From the NCBI GenBank assembly GCA_965222375.1, contig CBDCTZ010000003.1, forward strand, positions 1-64,000: a stretch of DNA of 64,000 bases, read 5' to 3'. Of the stretch, positions 37,691-47,042 are shown piece after piece. This DNA comes from Polyangiaceae bacterium. Lineage in GTDB: Bacteria; Myxococcota_A; Polyangia; Polyangiales; Polyangiaceae. The notes under the pieces were generated by a model that was given only the letters and a program-made list of their open reading frames with translations, had not been told where the DNA came from and ran no database searches. Position 1 is the first letter of the stretch. Each line of letters starts with the position of its first letter. A program made the position numbers and the translations under genes.

Positions 37691-37946
37691 CCGGCGCCGG
37701 ACCGCGGAAAGCAGACGTGCCCCTGGAAAGCTCGAGTCAGAGCCCATGCGCCGAAAACACTGCGCGCGCGCCCTGTCTCCGCCCAGGGATGCTCTTGGGT
37801 TGCGCGCCCCGCGCCGAACCACAGAACGCAGACGTGCCCCTAGAAAGCTCGAGTCAGAGCCAACGCGCCGAAGACACCGTGCGAGTGCCCTCTATCCGCC
37901 CAGGGATGCTCCGGCGTTCCGCGCCCCGCGCCGAGCCGCAGAAAAG
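37691..37946. repeat. Degenerate tandem repeat, 117-bp unit, ~2.2 copies
   Basis: GCAGACGTGCCCCT(G/A)GAAAGCTCGAGTCAGAGCC at 37711 and 37828; TCCGCCCAGGGATGCTC present in both units. Confidence 0.9.
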
Positions 37947-37951
37947 CCGGG

Positions 37952-38296
37952 CTAGGAGCCGCGGTAGGTGCTGTAGCCATGGGGCGATAGCAACAGGGGT
38001 ACGTGATAGTGCTGATCGGAATCCTTGACAGTGAACGTAACTGTCACAGTGGGATAGAAACTCTCTACGCCGAGCTTGGTGAAGTAGCTGGTCGTGTCGA
38101 AATTTAGGCGAAACGCTCCGGGGGCTAGTTTGACGTTTTCGCTCAGCAGGTCCCGCACGCGACCATCCGCATCCGTCTTGCGCTGACCCAGCAGTTGCCA
38201 CTCACCCGCTTTGTGGTGCTCCAGGGTCACGGCAACCCCTTCCGCAGGCCGGCCGCGAGCAACGTCGAGAATGTGGGTCGTGATCGGACTCAGCAT
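37952..38296 (-). CDS. uraH: 5-hydroxyisourate hydrolase
   Basis: ITTHILD..GRPA, TDADGR, FYP, HYHVPLLLSP.GYSTYRGS C-terminus. Confidence 0.97.
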   Translation of the reverse strand: MLSPITTHILDVARGRPAEGVAVTLEHHKAGEWQLLGQRKTDADGRVRDLLSENVKLAPGAFRLNFDTTSYFTKLGVESFYPTVTVTFTVKDSDQHYHVPLLLSPHGYSTYRGS

Positions 38297-39786
38297 GTAA
38301 GCAGCCTCCGCAGTCTCATTTCGGTGATCTTCTCTTGTTCAGCCGCGGCTATCGAAAGCTCCCGACTCGGATCGTTTCCTAGCCTCTCTTGTGCTGCCGC
38401 CAGCACCTCTTCTGCACTTTTTCCGGTGGCGCTGATCAGAAACACGAATCCAAAGCGCTCTTCGTACTTGGCGTTCACCTGTGCCAACTCCGACCGAACC
38501 GCGTCCATGGTCGAACTTGCCCTCGCTTGCTCACCCCGAGACCAGCGCGAGGGATTGTCCGAGCCTTCCCGGCGCTCGCCGATGCGCGGGTGTGCGTTGA
38601 ACGCCTCGCGATACGCGTCTGGAGGCAACTGCTCCCACACCCGGCGCGCCTGAACCATCAGATCGTCGACGCTCTCGTAGGGCCGCTCCCGAGCCATGGT
38701 GCTTGCCCACAGGGAGGAGCCGCAACAGGCACGCAAATCCAGCTCCGCACGCAGCGGCGAAATGGCGTTCAGTAGTCGCAGGCCTTGCCGCGCGCGCTCC
38801 TCTTCGAGGATCTCGCCATGTAGTCGCAACCGCGCCAAGCCACCATCGGGATAGATGTTGAGACGCGCGTGAGTTGCTTCGGCTTCAGCCGTGATTTCAT
38901 CGATGAACAAGTGAAGGGTGTCCGGCTGCAGTGTGGCCTCCAGAATGGGCCAATATTGCGCTTCCGGGCTGGGCACCTCAGCGTCCACGCAAGTGCCTTC
39001 CAACAGGCAACGAGCGGGGGAGTTGCCCTTGAAGTGCGTCGTATCGATTTCTATGCGGCGGATGACCCCCTGGGCGGCTAGGCGCACGATCACGAAGTCG
39101 TGCCCCAGCCCTCGGCGGCGCCGGGTTTCCCACCCTTCACCCATGTGCCGGGCATCGCCCGGCATGATCAGGTTGTTCTTGGGACCGAAGAAGTTGTCGC
39201 TGCAGCCGACGACGCGCCCGCCGTTGAGCGCCGCTGCCAAATCCACCAGGCCCTTTCCAACCGGCAGGCGTCCGAAATCCGTGACCGGGTGGCCGTGCAC
39301 CCGAAGCCGTGCGACCCCGCCATCCGGAAAGATGTTGAACCGCAGTACGTTGAAGGCTGCGCGACTTTCCAGTTCGAACAGGTTCTTGGCATCCCCCTGC
39401 AAGTCCTGCTTGTCGAGCAGCGTCACCCACTGCACTTCCGGCTCCAAAAGCGCCTCTGGATTCGGATAGCCGTCCACCCAAGCGCCCTGCAACGAACACT
39501 GCTCCGGATAGTTGCCGCGAAAGTACGCCGTGTCGACAACCACGCCGGCAATGATCCCGGGCACGGCTAGTCGCAACAGCGCAAAGTCATAACCAGGCTC
39601 CCGGCGCCGGCGGCTCTCCCAGCCGTCCATCCATTTGCCGCGCTCGGTGAACTTGTGCTCCTCCCAAACCGCGTCCTCGACCTTGATCAAGTTCTCCTTC
39701 TCGGCGAAGAAGTCGTCGTTGGCGTAGAGGACCCGGCCTCCCAAGCGAACGCTGGCAAGGTCGAGCAGGTCGGTGAAGTCCGGCAT
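38290..39786 (-). CDS. alc: Allantoicase fused to C-terminal OHCU decarboxylase domain
   Basis: Two allantoicase repeats (GKWMDGWESRRRR; MGEGWETRRRR; PDGG.ARLR.HG), then ACCGS..W..RP..AHPRIG..SRGEQ..YEERFGFVFLI.ATG..EQEKIT..RL. Confidence 0.92.
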   Translation of the reverse strand: MPDFTDLLDLASVRLGGRVLYANDDFFAEKENLIKVEDAVWEEHKFTERGKWMDGWESRRRREPGYDFALLRLAVPGIIAGVVVDTAYFRGNYPEQCSLQGAWVDGYPNPEALLEPEVQWVTLLDKQDLQGDAKNLFELESRAAFNVLRFNIFPDGGVARLRVHGHPVTDFGRLPVGKGLVDLAAALNGGRVVGCSDNFFGPKNNLIMPGDARHMGEGWETRRRRGLGHDFVIVRLAAQGVIRRIEIDTTHFKGNSPARCLLEGTCVDAEVPSPEAQYWPILEATLQPDTLHLFIDEITAEAEATHARLNIYPDGGLARLRLHGEILEEERARQGLRLLNAISPLRAELDLRACCGSSLWASTMARERPYESVDDLMVQARRVWEQLPPDAYREAFNAHPRIGERREGSDNPSRWSRGEQARASSTMDAVRSELAQVNAKYEERFGFVFLISATGKSAEEVLAAAQERLGNDPSRELSIAAAEQEKITEMRLRRLLTC

Positions 39787-39868
39787 CGTCAAGACAACCA
39801 TCTTTGCCGAGCCCATGCCACAACACAACGGGGAACCGCGTGGAGCGGCGCGGCGCCGCGCCCTGGGC

Positions 39869-40270
39869 TCAGAGCAAGGGAAAGGCCGCCGTGGGAATCG
39901 GAACGCGCGGCGCCTTTGGAACGTAACGTGGCGTCAGGCGTACAACATCGCCCCCGCGTACCGGCGGGAATGCGGCGGTCGGAATGTTGCGCTCCCAGGG
40001 GTCGCTGGGATCCGCAGCGGAGCCGACCTCCATGCTGCGGTCCCTCCAAGGGTCCCGGATCTCGGGCAGTACCTTCAGGGTGTCGTCCCAGGGGTCTCGA
40101 TTGTCGATGGGCTTTCTGCTCGCGTCCAGCCAGGGATCGCGCTTGTCCAATCCTTTGGGCGTGACGGGCTCGCCCTTCCAAGGATCGACGAGGTCTAGCG
40201 GCGGCTGGGCGCTGATCGCGAGGCTGAAACTCAGCCCCGCCACGGTCAGTACCCAGGGCCGGAGGCGCAT
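39869..40270 (-). CDS. Small secreted protein with five DPW motifs and two IPTAAFP motifs
   Basis: Sec-type signal peptide; amino-acid-level repeats support coding status; TATATT element just upstream of the ATG. Confidence 0.7.
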   Translation of the reverse strand: MRLRPWVLTVAGLSFSLAISAQPPLDLVDPWKGEPVTPKGLDKRDPWLDASRKPIDNRDPWDDTLKVLPEIRDPWRDRSMEVGSAADPSDPWERNIPTAAFPPVRGGDVVRLTPRYVPKAPRVPIPTAAFPLL

Positions 40271-40318
40271 AGCGCCCCAAATATAGCGCGGCCTGCGAAA
40301 TGACCGCCGGGGGAAGCG

Positions 40319-41140
40319 TCAATGTCGGTTTTGTAGCTGCTTTTCGAAGAAGGCCTGGAGAGCAGCGGTGACTTGCTCCGGTTGTTCCACCGTGGAGGTG
40401 TGCCCGGCGCCTTTGATCTGCACCAAGTCGGCGCCAGAGATCCCGCGAACGAGCGCCTCGGACTTGGATAGGGGCGTCGCCTTGTCTTCGTCGCCGACGA
40501 CAACGAGGGTCGGACAGCGGATGTTGGCCAGTTCGTGCTCGATGCTTGGGCGCTCGAGCACGCCACCCACGGCACGCCAAATGTCCTGGCGGCTGGAAGC
40601 TAGTCGTGCTCGCCACTCGGCGCGGGGCTTTTCATAGCGAGGATCCGTCAAGAACGTGCTGCCGAACATTACGGGCATCACGGCGTCGGTCACTCGTTTG
40701 ACTCCGAAATGCCGCGCAACGAAGCGAAGCCGCCGGTACTTTGGCAGATTCTCTTTGGGCTCTGGGCCGGCGGTAGTTTCCAGCAGCGCGAGGGACTTCA
40801 CCCGGTCCGGATAACGTGCGGCCAGACGCATTCCGACGAAGCCTCCCATGCTCAAACCTACGAAATGGGCTGCCGGGAGACCCAATCGGTCCATGAGGGC
40901 GAGGGCGTCCAAAGTGAGTCCATCCATGTCGATGGCCGGCAGCGGACTCCCTGCGCTGCGGCCTTGGCCGCGATGGTCCCAAGCCACGCAGCGAAACTCC
41001 TTGCACAAGGCCTCCATTTGGGCGGCGAACATCTCCGACGACCACAGCAGCCCGTGACTGAACAAGATCGTTTCCCGCTCGGTGTTCGGGTGGCTGTCCT
41101 CGACCCACAGCTCACTGCCACGAATGCGCAAGAGGCTCAT
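40319..41140 (-). CDS. Alpha/beta hydrolase (PcaD-like)
   Basis: FSHGL, DHRGQG.S, GLSMGG nucleophile elbow, GDED, GAGH; ATGA overlap with allB. Confidence 0.9.
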   Translation of the reverse strand: MSLLRIRGSELWVEDSHPNTERETILFSHGLLWSSEMFAAQMEALCKEFRCVAWDHRGQGRSAGSPLPAIDMDGLTLDALALMDRLGLPAAHFVGLSMGGFVGMRLAARYPDRVKSLALLETTAGPEPKENLPKYRRLRFVARHFGVKRVTDAVMPVMFGSTFLTDPRYEKPRAEWRARLASSRQDIWRAVGGVLERPSIEHELANIRCPTLVVVGDEDKATPLSKSEALVRGISGADLVQIKGAGHTSTVEQPEQVTAALQAFFEKQLQNRH

Positions 41141-42513
41141 GCCGCCAACCTCGAAGCTTGCAAGCGCCCCATGGGCTCGTCGGAGAATCGTCCGGCTTCG
41201 TAGATCTTGGTGCCGCGAAGGTAGGTGCAGACGACGCGCCCCTGGAGTTCGTGCCCTTCGTAGGGAGTGGTCGGATGTCGCTGCGCGAGCTGTCCGCCGC
41301 GCACGACCCAGGTCGCCTCGGGATCGAATACGGCGAAATCCGCGTCCAACCCGAGCTTGATGGCCCCCTTGCGGTCGTCTAGACCGGCCATGTGAGCGGG
41401 CGCGCGGCACATCCACTCGCCGATCTGGGCGAACTGCAGGGCCTGCTGTCGACACAGAGTGTTGGCAATCCCGAGACCCAGCTGGAGCGAAGCAATGCCG
41501 CCCCAAGCCTCGAGGAAGCTGCCGGTCTCGAGCTTTTTCAGCTGCGGCACACACGGTGAGTGGTCGCTGACCAGGAAGTCGATGCTGCCATCGGCCAGTG
41601 CTTCGCGCAGCGCCTGCCCGTGGTGGCGCTCACGAATGGGGGGTGCACATTTGAACGCGGTGTTGCCATCGGGAATGGATTCGGCTTCGAAGTACAGATA
41701 GTGCGGACAGGTCTCCGCGCTGAAGGGCAAACCTTCCCGCTTGGCTGCACGCAACAGATCCGTGGCATCGCCGTTGGCGAAATGGACGATGTGAACCCGC
41801 GCACCACTCTCGCGACACAGCTCGATGCAAAGCTCGATGGCCTCGCGTTCCGCGGCCGGAGGTCGCGTCGACAAATACGTCGAGTACTTGCGGGGGTCGG
41901 GCTGCAACTGCGAAACCGCGCGCTCCGCTTCCGCTATGGGCCCGGGCGCTTCGGCATGCACCAGCAGGACCGCTCCCAGCTCGCGAATGACCGCCAAGGC
42001 CTCTACGAGATGGTGTCGCTCGACGTGGGGGAACTCATCCACGCCGCTGGGCACCAAGAAACACTTGAAGCCGGGCAGGCCTGCTCGAAACAGGGGCGTG
42101 AGCTGCTGGCTATTGCCCGGGACCACTCCGCCCCACAAGCCCACGTCCACCCAGAGCTTGCCTTCCGAAGCGGCTTGTTTGGCGGACAGCCCGGGGGGAT
42201 CCACGGTGGGAGGGATGCTGTTCAAGGGCATGTCGACAACCGTCGTGATCCCCCCGGCAGCGGCAGCACGCGTGGCGGTGACAAACCCCTCCCATTCGGT
42301 CCGACCGGGTTCATTGATATGGGCGTGAGTGTCCACCAACCCGGGGAGCACGTAGCCGTCGCCGTGGTCGTGCACTTCAGCCGCGTCTACCGGTTCAGAT
42401 TGCCCAAACACCCCTGCAATCTTGCCGTCGCGCACCCCGATCTGCGCTGGGCAAACTCCATCCGGCAGCATCACCCGCGAGCTCTTGACGATCAGGTCCA
42501 CGGCCGCGGCCAC
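41137..42513 (-). CDS. allB: Allantoinase
   Basis: DTHAHINEPGRTEWEGF, DMPLNSIP, GFKCF, HAE, HIVH, ETCPHYL, FKCAPPIR, SDHSP, AWGGIASLQ. Confidence 0.95.
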   Translation of the reverse strand: MAAAVDLIVKSSRVMLPDGVCPAQIGVRDGKIAGVFGQSEPVDAAEVHDHGDGYVLPGLVDTHAHINEPGRTEWEGFVTATRAAAAGGITTVVDMPLNSIPPTVDPPGLSAKQAASEGKLWVDVGLWGGVVPGNSQQLTPLFRAGLPGFKCFLVPSGVDEFPHVERHHLVEALAVIRELGAVLLVHAEAPGPIAEAERAVSQLQPDPRKYSTYLSTRPPAAEREAIELCIELCRESGARVHIVHFANGDATDLLRAAKREGLPFSAETCPHYLYFEAESIPDGNTAFKCAPPIRERHHGQALREALADGSIDFLVSDHSPCVPQLKKLETGSFLEAWGGIASLQLGLGIANTLCRQQALQFAQIGEWMCRAPAHMAGLDDRKGAIKLGLDADFAVFDPEATWVVRGGQLAQRHPTTPYEGHELQGRVVCTYLRGTKIYEAGRFSDEPMGRLQASRLAA

Positions 42514-42514
42514 G

Positions 42515-43042
42515 CTACCTCACCTCCAGCAACTCAATCTCGAAGATCAGAGTAGCGTTGGGTGGGATCTTGCCTCCGGCGCCCTTGGTGCCGTAGCCGA
42601 GCTCCGGTGGAATGGTCAGGCGGCGGCGCCCTCCGACACGCATGCCGAGCACGCCCTCTTCCCAACCCTTGATGACGTGGTTCTTGCCGAGTTCGAAATC
42701 GAAGGGGCGACCGCGGTCGGTGCTACTGTCGAACTTGGAACCGTCCGTCAGGGTTCCGTCGTAGTGCACCACGACTCGTCGACCAACGACGGCCTCCTCC
42801 CCTTGCCCGACGACCAGGTCTTCCACCATGAGTCCGCTGGGCTTCACATCCGCGGTGGTTCGGGAAACTGGCGCAGGCTCTTCCGCAGGTTCAACTAGGG
42901 GATGAGAGCTTTCCGGCTCAGGCACGTGAACTGGGGCGGCGCTCGGCTGTGAAGTGGGCGCAGGCGCTCGAGCCTTGGGGCCGCCGCAGGACAAGGCGAA
43001 GAGCGCGATGCAAGCACCGAGTGCGGAGTGCCGAGCGTTCAC
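42515..43042 (-). CDS. FKBP-type peptidyl-prolyl isomerase, lipoprotein
   Basis: Lipobox [48 protein letters not shown]. Confidence 0.93.
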   Translation of the reverse strand: MNARHSALGACIALFALSCGGPKARAPAPTSQPSAAPVHVPEPESSHPLVEPAEEPAPVSRTTADVKPSGLMVEDLVVGQGEEAVVGRRVVVHYDGTLTDGSKFDSSTDRGRPFDFELGKNHVIKGWEEGVLGMRVGGRRRLTIPPELGYGTKGAGGKIPPNATLIFEIELLEVR

Positions 43043-43128
43043 GACCGGCACTCTAGCGCGGCTCTCGCCCCGGCGCGCGCCATTCGTTGCAGAGCCCCCG
43101 GCTCCTCTGCAATGCTGCCCCGTCACCC

Positions 43129-44829
43129 ATGTTCGTGTGCATTGAATGCGGCGCTCGCTACCCGAACCCCGGGTTTTGCACTGAGGACGGCGGCGCCCTA
43201 GCGGCCGTGGGCGACGACGATCTGCTCGGCAGCATGGTCGGCAGCTATCGGGTGGCGGCAAAGATCGGCGAGGGGGGCATGGGCACGGTTTACCGTGCGG
43301 TGCACCCGGGGATCGGAAGCCGTGTGGCGATCAAGGTGCTGTCCAAGGAGTGCGCAGCAAGTCCCTCCCTGGTCGAGCGCTTCTTCGGAGAAGCCCGCGC
43401 GGTCAACCTGATCCGACACGAACGTATCGTGAGTGTGCTCGACATGGCTGCGCTCGCGGACGGTCGTCCGTACATCGTGATGGAGCTGCTAGAGGGCGAA
43501 TCCTTGGCATCGCTCTTGGAGCGTCATGGCGCCTTGCCCCTGGGCAGTGCCGTGGCCATCTTCACGGAATTGCTGGACGCCCTCGCAGCGGCTCACGACA
43601 AGGACATCGTTCACCGCGATTTGAAGCCGGACAACGTGTTCATCACCAAGACCGGCCATGTGAAGGTTGTGGACTTCGGCATTGCCAAGCTGCGTCCCGA
43701 AATGGGCGGCTTGAGCGACGCGACCCGGACGGGCTCCCTGATGGGAACGCCATTCTACATGGCGCCGGAGCAAGCCGCCGGCATGCCCGTCGACCCCCGC
43801 GCCGATCTGTACGCCGCCGGCGTGATCCTGTTCGAGGTCACCACGGGCCAACGGCCCTTCATCGTGGCCAGTCTCTACGAACTGCTCAAAGCCCATGTGG
43901 AGCAGATGCCGCCGCAGCCTTCATCGCTTCGCGCGCACATCCCGCCGCCATTGGAAGACGTGTTGCTGCATTCGCTCCAGAAAGACGCGAACTTCCGTTA
44001 CCAGAACGCACGAGAGTTCGCGCAGGCCCTTGCCCACGCTGGCAGCGCCCTGCCGCCGGATAGTTTCGTACCCGTCGCGTCGCTGGTCAGCGGCGGCACT
44101 CCCTTGGTGGGCGCGCCGGTGCAAGCCCCCTCAGGCCCCCGCCACCCCCAGCCCATGCCTCCGATGGCGCCGACTCCTGCCGCCGCGCCCACCCCGAATA
44201 CGCTGGTTCGCACACCCCTGGACGCGAGCCCCAAGCAGGTGGAGCCGGAGCCGGAAAAGCGCGGGCGTTTTGGCTATTTTGCGATGGCTACCTGCGGGGT
44301 CATCGTGCTGGCGACCCTCGGCTCCTGCGTGGCGTGCTTCGGCATGAGTCTCTTCCACGAAGACGAAACCATCGAGGTGGCTTTGGGTGGTGGAGAAGTC
44401 GCCGTCATCAAACCCAAGAAGTTCGAACCCTCGTCCTTTGCGCCAGTGGCGGTCTCTGCGGCCCAGAAACGCAACCCTGCGGCCCAGTTCGTCGGGATGC
44501 GCGCAACCGGGCATTTCCTGTCGGGACATATGGACCTCACTCGAGACCCGTCGGCGAAGGTCCGCTACGTCTTCACGTCCCCGAACGGCTGCGTGCAGGT
44601 GAATGTGACCGCGACGGGGCTCGCGTCGCGACTCGCGAGCAAGTGCTCGTCTCGAGTCGCACCCCTACCCCGATGCAATCTCAAGCAAGTGTGGAAGGGC
44701 GCAGAAGCGCGGGGCGCTCCGGGTCCGTGGCGCAACGCGGTGTTGAGCTACTACGCGGGCCCGAAGCGGCTCGGGCGGTGGCAACTCGATGTAGAGGGCT
44801 CCACGTACCGCGGCCCTGACGACTGCTGA
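43129..44829 (+). CDS. Ser/Thr protein kinase with N-terminal Zn ribbon, TM and extracytoplasmic domain
   Basis: [38 protein letters not shown]. Confidence 0.95.
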   Translation: MFVCIECGARYPNPGFCTEDGGALAAVGDDDLLGSMVGSYRVAAKIGEGGMGTVYRAVHPGIGSRVAIKVLSKECAASPSLVERFFGEARAVNLIRHERIVSVLDMAALADGRPYIVMELLEGESLASLLERHGALPLGSAVAIFTELLDALAAAHDKDIVHRDLKPDNVFITKTGHVKVVDFGIAKLRPEMGGLSDATRTGSLMGTPFYMAPEQAAGMPVDPRADLYAAGVILFEVTTGQRPFIVASLYELLKAHVEQMPPQPSSLRAHIPPPLEDVLLHSLQKDANFRYQNAREFAQALAHAGSALPPDSFVPVASLVSGGTPLVGAPVQAPSGPRHPQPMPPMAPTPAAAPTPNTLVRTPLDASPKQVEPEPEKRGRFGYFAMATCGVIVLATLGSCVACFGMSLFHEDETIEVALGGGEVAVIKPKKFEPSSFAPVAVSAAQKRNPAAQFVGMRATGHFLSGHMDLTRDPSAKVRYVFTSPNGCVQVNVTATGLASRLASKCSSRVAPLPRCNLKQVWKGAEARGAPGPWRNAVLSYYAGPKRLGRWQLDVEGSTYRGPDDC

Positions 44830-44963
44830 GCAGCTCGCTCTAGCAGGGTGGGTCTCCAAGCGCGGGATGGTCCCAGATTCCTTTTCATGGAGCTGCGGAT
44901 CCGAGCAGTCCCAAAACCCTCATCCTTCCAGCTTCGCGCCAGCTTGAGACCTCGCGGCTGAGA

Positions 44964-46499
44964 TCACGCTTTGAGGAAGCTCGCGATGTGGCCCGAGAGG
45001 TACTTCGAGATCGTGTAGATCGGGATTTGTGGCGGCCCGCCGATGCTGGTGGGAAAAACGCTGCCATCGACTACAAACAGACCTCGCACCTGATGGTGCT
45101 GACCCTGACTGCCCACCACGGAACGTTTCGGATCGTCGCCCATGGGAAGCGTGGACATGGGGTGGGCGGCGGCCAAGCCGATGTTCTGCGCGGCACTGAT
45201 CGGGATCGTGGCTTGGGCCCGGGCCCCTTCGACCGCAGCCGCGTCCTTGATCTCTATGGGAGGGTTGCTCGGCACCAAGACGCTCTTGGCGCCACCCGCA
45301 AATAGGATCCTGGCGCAGGCTCGCAAGCCCTTGGCCAGCTGGTCGCGATCCGAGTCGTTCATGCTGTACTCGATCAGCGCTCGGCCATCACTCTTGACTC
45401 CAACTTTGCCGCTGGTTTCGTCATGCACCATGGCCGTCAAGACGGCGATGTTGCGGTAGCGTCGCATCCATTCGAAATGTGCCTTGCCGAAGCCAGGAAG
45501 CGTGACCGCGGCACCAATCGGATGCGCGAAGGCCGTTGTGATCCAAATCCGCTTGTCGCTACCTGGACTCGGATCCAGCCACTCGGTGCATTCGTAGCTC
45601 TGGGGGATCCCCTTGAAGCCGTCAATAAAGCCATCGAAAAGCCCGACGACCGGGGCGCCGGGATGGATGTGCAGGCGCCGGCCCAGTTGAGTATTGGGAT
45701 CCGGCAGCGCGCTCTTCTGCGCCAGCACCGCGCTGCCGATGGCACTGCCCGCCAGCACCACGGCTTTGGCCTTGACGGTCAGGCTGTGGTGCACTTTACC
45801 CGCCGCATCGAGGAGCGCCGCAACCACCCCGCTGACCCGGCCGCCATCGTGCAGGACTCGAACGGCCTGAGCATCCGTGTACAGCTGGGCACCGGCGGCG
45901 ATGGCTTCCGGCACCAGCACCTGTGCGGAGTTTCGCTTTGCCGCGAAGGGGCAGCCGACTTCGCAGAAACCGCTTTTCTGACAGCCAACACGATTGTGGT
46001 GCAGCGGCCCGCCCTTCCAACCCAGGGCCTTTACGCCCCGCTCGAGCACGCGGTTGTTTTCGTTGCGGTCTTCCTCTGGGATCAGACTCACCGACAAGTC
46101 CCGTCCGACACTCTCGAAACTCGGCGCGAGCTCCTTCTCGGATAGCCCACTCACCGCATGCGCCGCCTTCCAGGCGTGCAGCACTTCCGGCGCCAAGCGC
46201 TTGCACAGATTGATGTTGTGCACGGTCGACCCGCCCACGCATCGGCCGCCCAGCACGCGGATCGTGAAATCCTGGTTCATGCGACCACCACGCTCTTGGT
46301 AGAGCTTGGGCAGCATCTCGTCTTCCAGCTGCGTCATGGCGCTGGTATCGACTCGGGTCCCTTCTTCGAGGGCAACCACCTTGAAGCCTGCTCGAGCCAG
46401 CTCCCGCATGGCCATGCCGCCTCCGGCACCGGTGCCCACCACGACAACATCGGCGTCGACCTTCTCGTCGGCCGACAGCTTGCGGCCCTGGGTGATCAT
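44964..46499 (-). CDS. GMC family oxidoreductase
   Basis: VVGTGAGG, GRCVGGSTVHN, CQKSGFCEVGC, HPMST..MG, VVDGSVFPTS.G.PPQ. Confidence 0.9.
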   Translation of the reverse strand: MITQGRKLSADEKVDADVVVVGTGAGGGMAMRELARAGFKVVALEEGTRVDTSAMTQLEDEMLPKLYQERGGRMNQDFTIRVLGGRCVGGSTVHNINLCKRLAPEVLHAWKAAHAVSGLSEKELAPSFESVGRDLSVSLIPEEDRNENNRVLERGVKALGWKGGPLHHNRVGCQKSGFCEVGCPFAAKRNSAQVLVPEAIAAGAQLYTDAQAVRVLHDGGRVSGVVAALLDAAGKVHHSLTVKAKAVVLAGSAIGSAVLAQKSALPDPNTQLGRRLHIHPGAPVVGLFDGFIDGFKGIPQSYECTEWLDPSPGSDKRIWITTAFAHPIGAAVTLPGFGKAHFEWMRRYRNIAVLTAMVHDETSGKVGVKSDGRALIEYSMNDSDRDQLAKGLRACARILFAGGAKSVLVPSNPPIEIKDAAAVEGARAQATIPISAAQNIGLAAAHPMSTLPMGDDPKRSVVGSQGQHHQVRGLFVVDGSVFPTSIGGPPQIPIYTISKYLSGHIASFLKA

Positions 46500-47038
46500 T
46501 GCAGGCTCCGCGGGGCAACCGGGCCGGGGTAGCCCAGTGCGGGCCACGACTCGGGCAGCCGATAGTAGGCCATGAATGCGATGGCTTTGAGCGCCTCGAA
46601 ACCGGCCCGCAGTAAGGCAATGGAGCTCTCGTTCACGCCTTTCAGCACTTCATCTTGGGCCCGGGCATCCAGATCGGAAAACCGACGGATGTATCCCGAC
46701 GACAGCGGCGCACCGTGCTCGATGACTGCGATCAGCTTCAGCAGGTCAGTTCGGTCTTTTTCGACCATGCCAACGAGGTAGCCATCAGCGAAGTCCGCAA
46801 CGTTGACCTCCCCCGGGAAAACCAGACGGTCACCGATCGCGCGCAACACGATGTACTGCCAGGGGGACAGCACTTTCAGGCGAGCGCTGACCTCCTCGGG
46901 CAGAGAGTAACCAGTAGCTCTGAGGGCGGCGACTCCCGTCGCACCGGCAATCACGCCGAGGGAAACCCAGCCTAGGAATCGTCTACGCGACCGCGCCGCC
47001 ACGCCCAAGGAACTGACACCCGGGCCTGCAAAACGCAA
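46496..47038 (-). CDS. Gluconate-2-dehydrogenase subunit-3-like Tat partner protein (start uncertain)
   Basis: SRRRFL twin-arginine signal; RFSDL....QDEVL; F..LK....MAYY....W..LGYPG; overlaps the GMC start. Confidence 0.75.
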   Translation of the reverse strand: MRFAGPGVSSLGVAARSRRRFLGWVSLGVIAGATGVAALRATGYSLPEEVSARLKVLSPWQYIVLRAIGDRLVFPGEVNVADFADGYLVGMVEKDRTDLLKLIAVIEHGAPLSSGYIRRFSDLDARAQDEVLKGVNESSIALLRAGFEALKAIAFMAYYRLPESWPALGYPGPVAPRSLQ

Positions 47039-47042
47039 GGCC

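Noticed and set aside
37691..37946. CRISPR array interpretation of the 117-bp repeat
   Set aside because: The units are similar along their whole length with no unique spacers, there are only ~2 copies, and no cas genes are in the window.
37717..38028. 103-aa plus-strand ORF as a real gene
   Set aside because: It arises from the in-frame tandem repeat, has no SD and overlaps uraH antisense.
44851..44950. Imperfect inverted repeat GGTCTCCAAGC/GCTTGAGACC between the kinase and GMC genes
   Set aside because: Short arms with a long loop; could be a weak terminator but is not distinguishable from chance.
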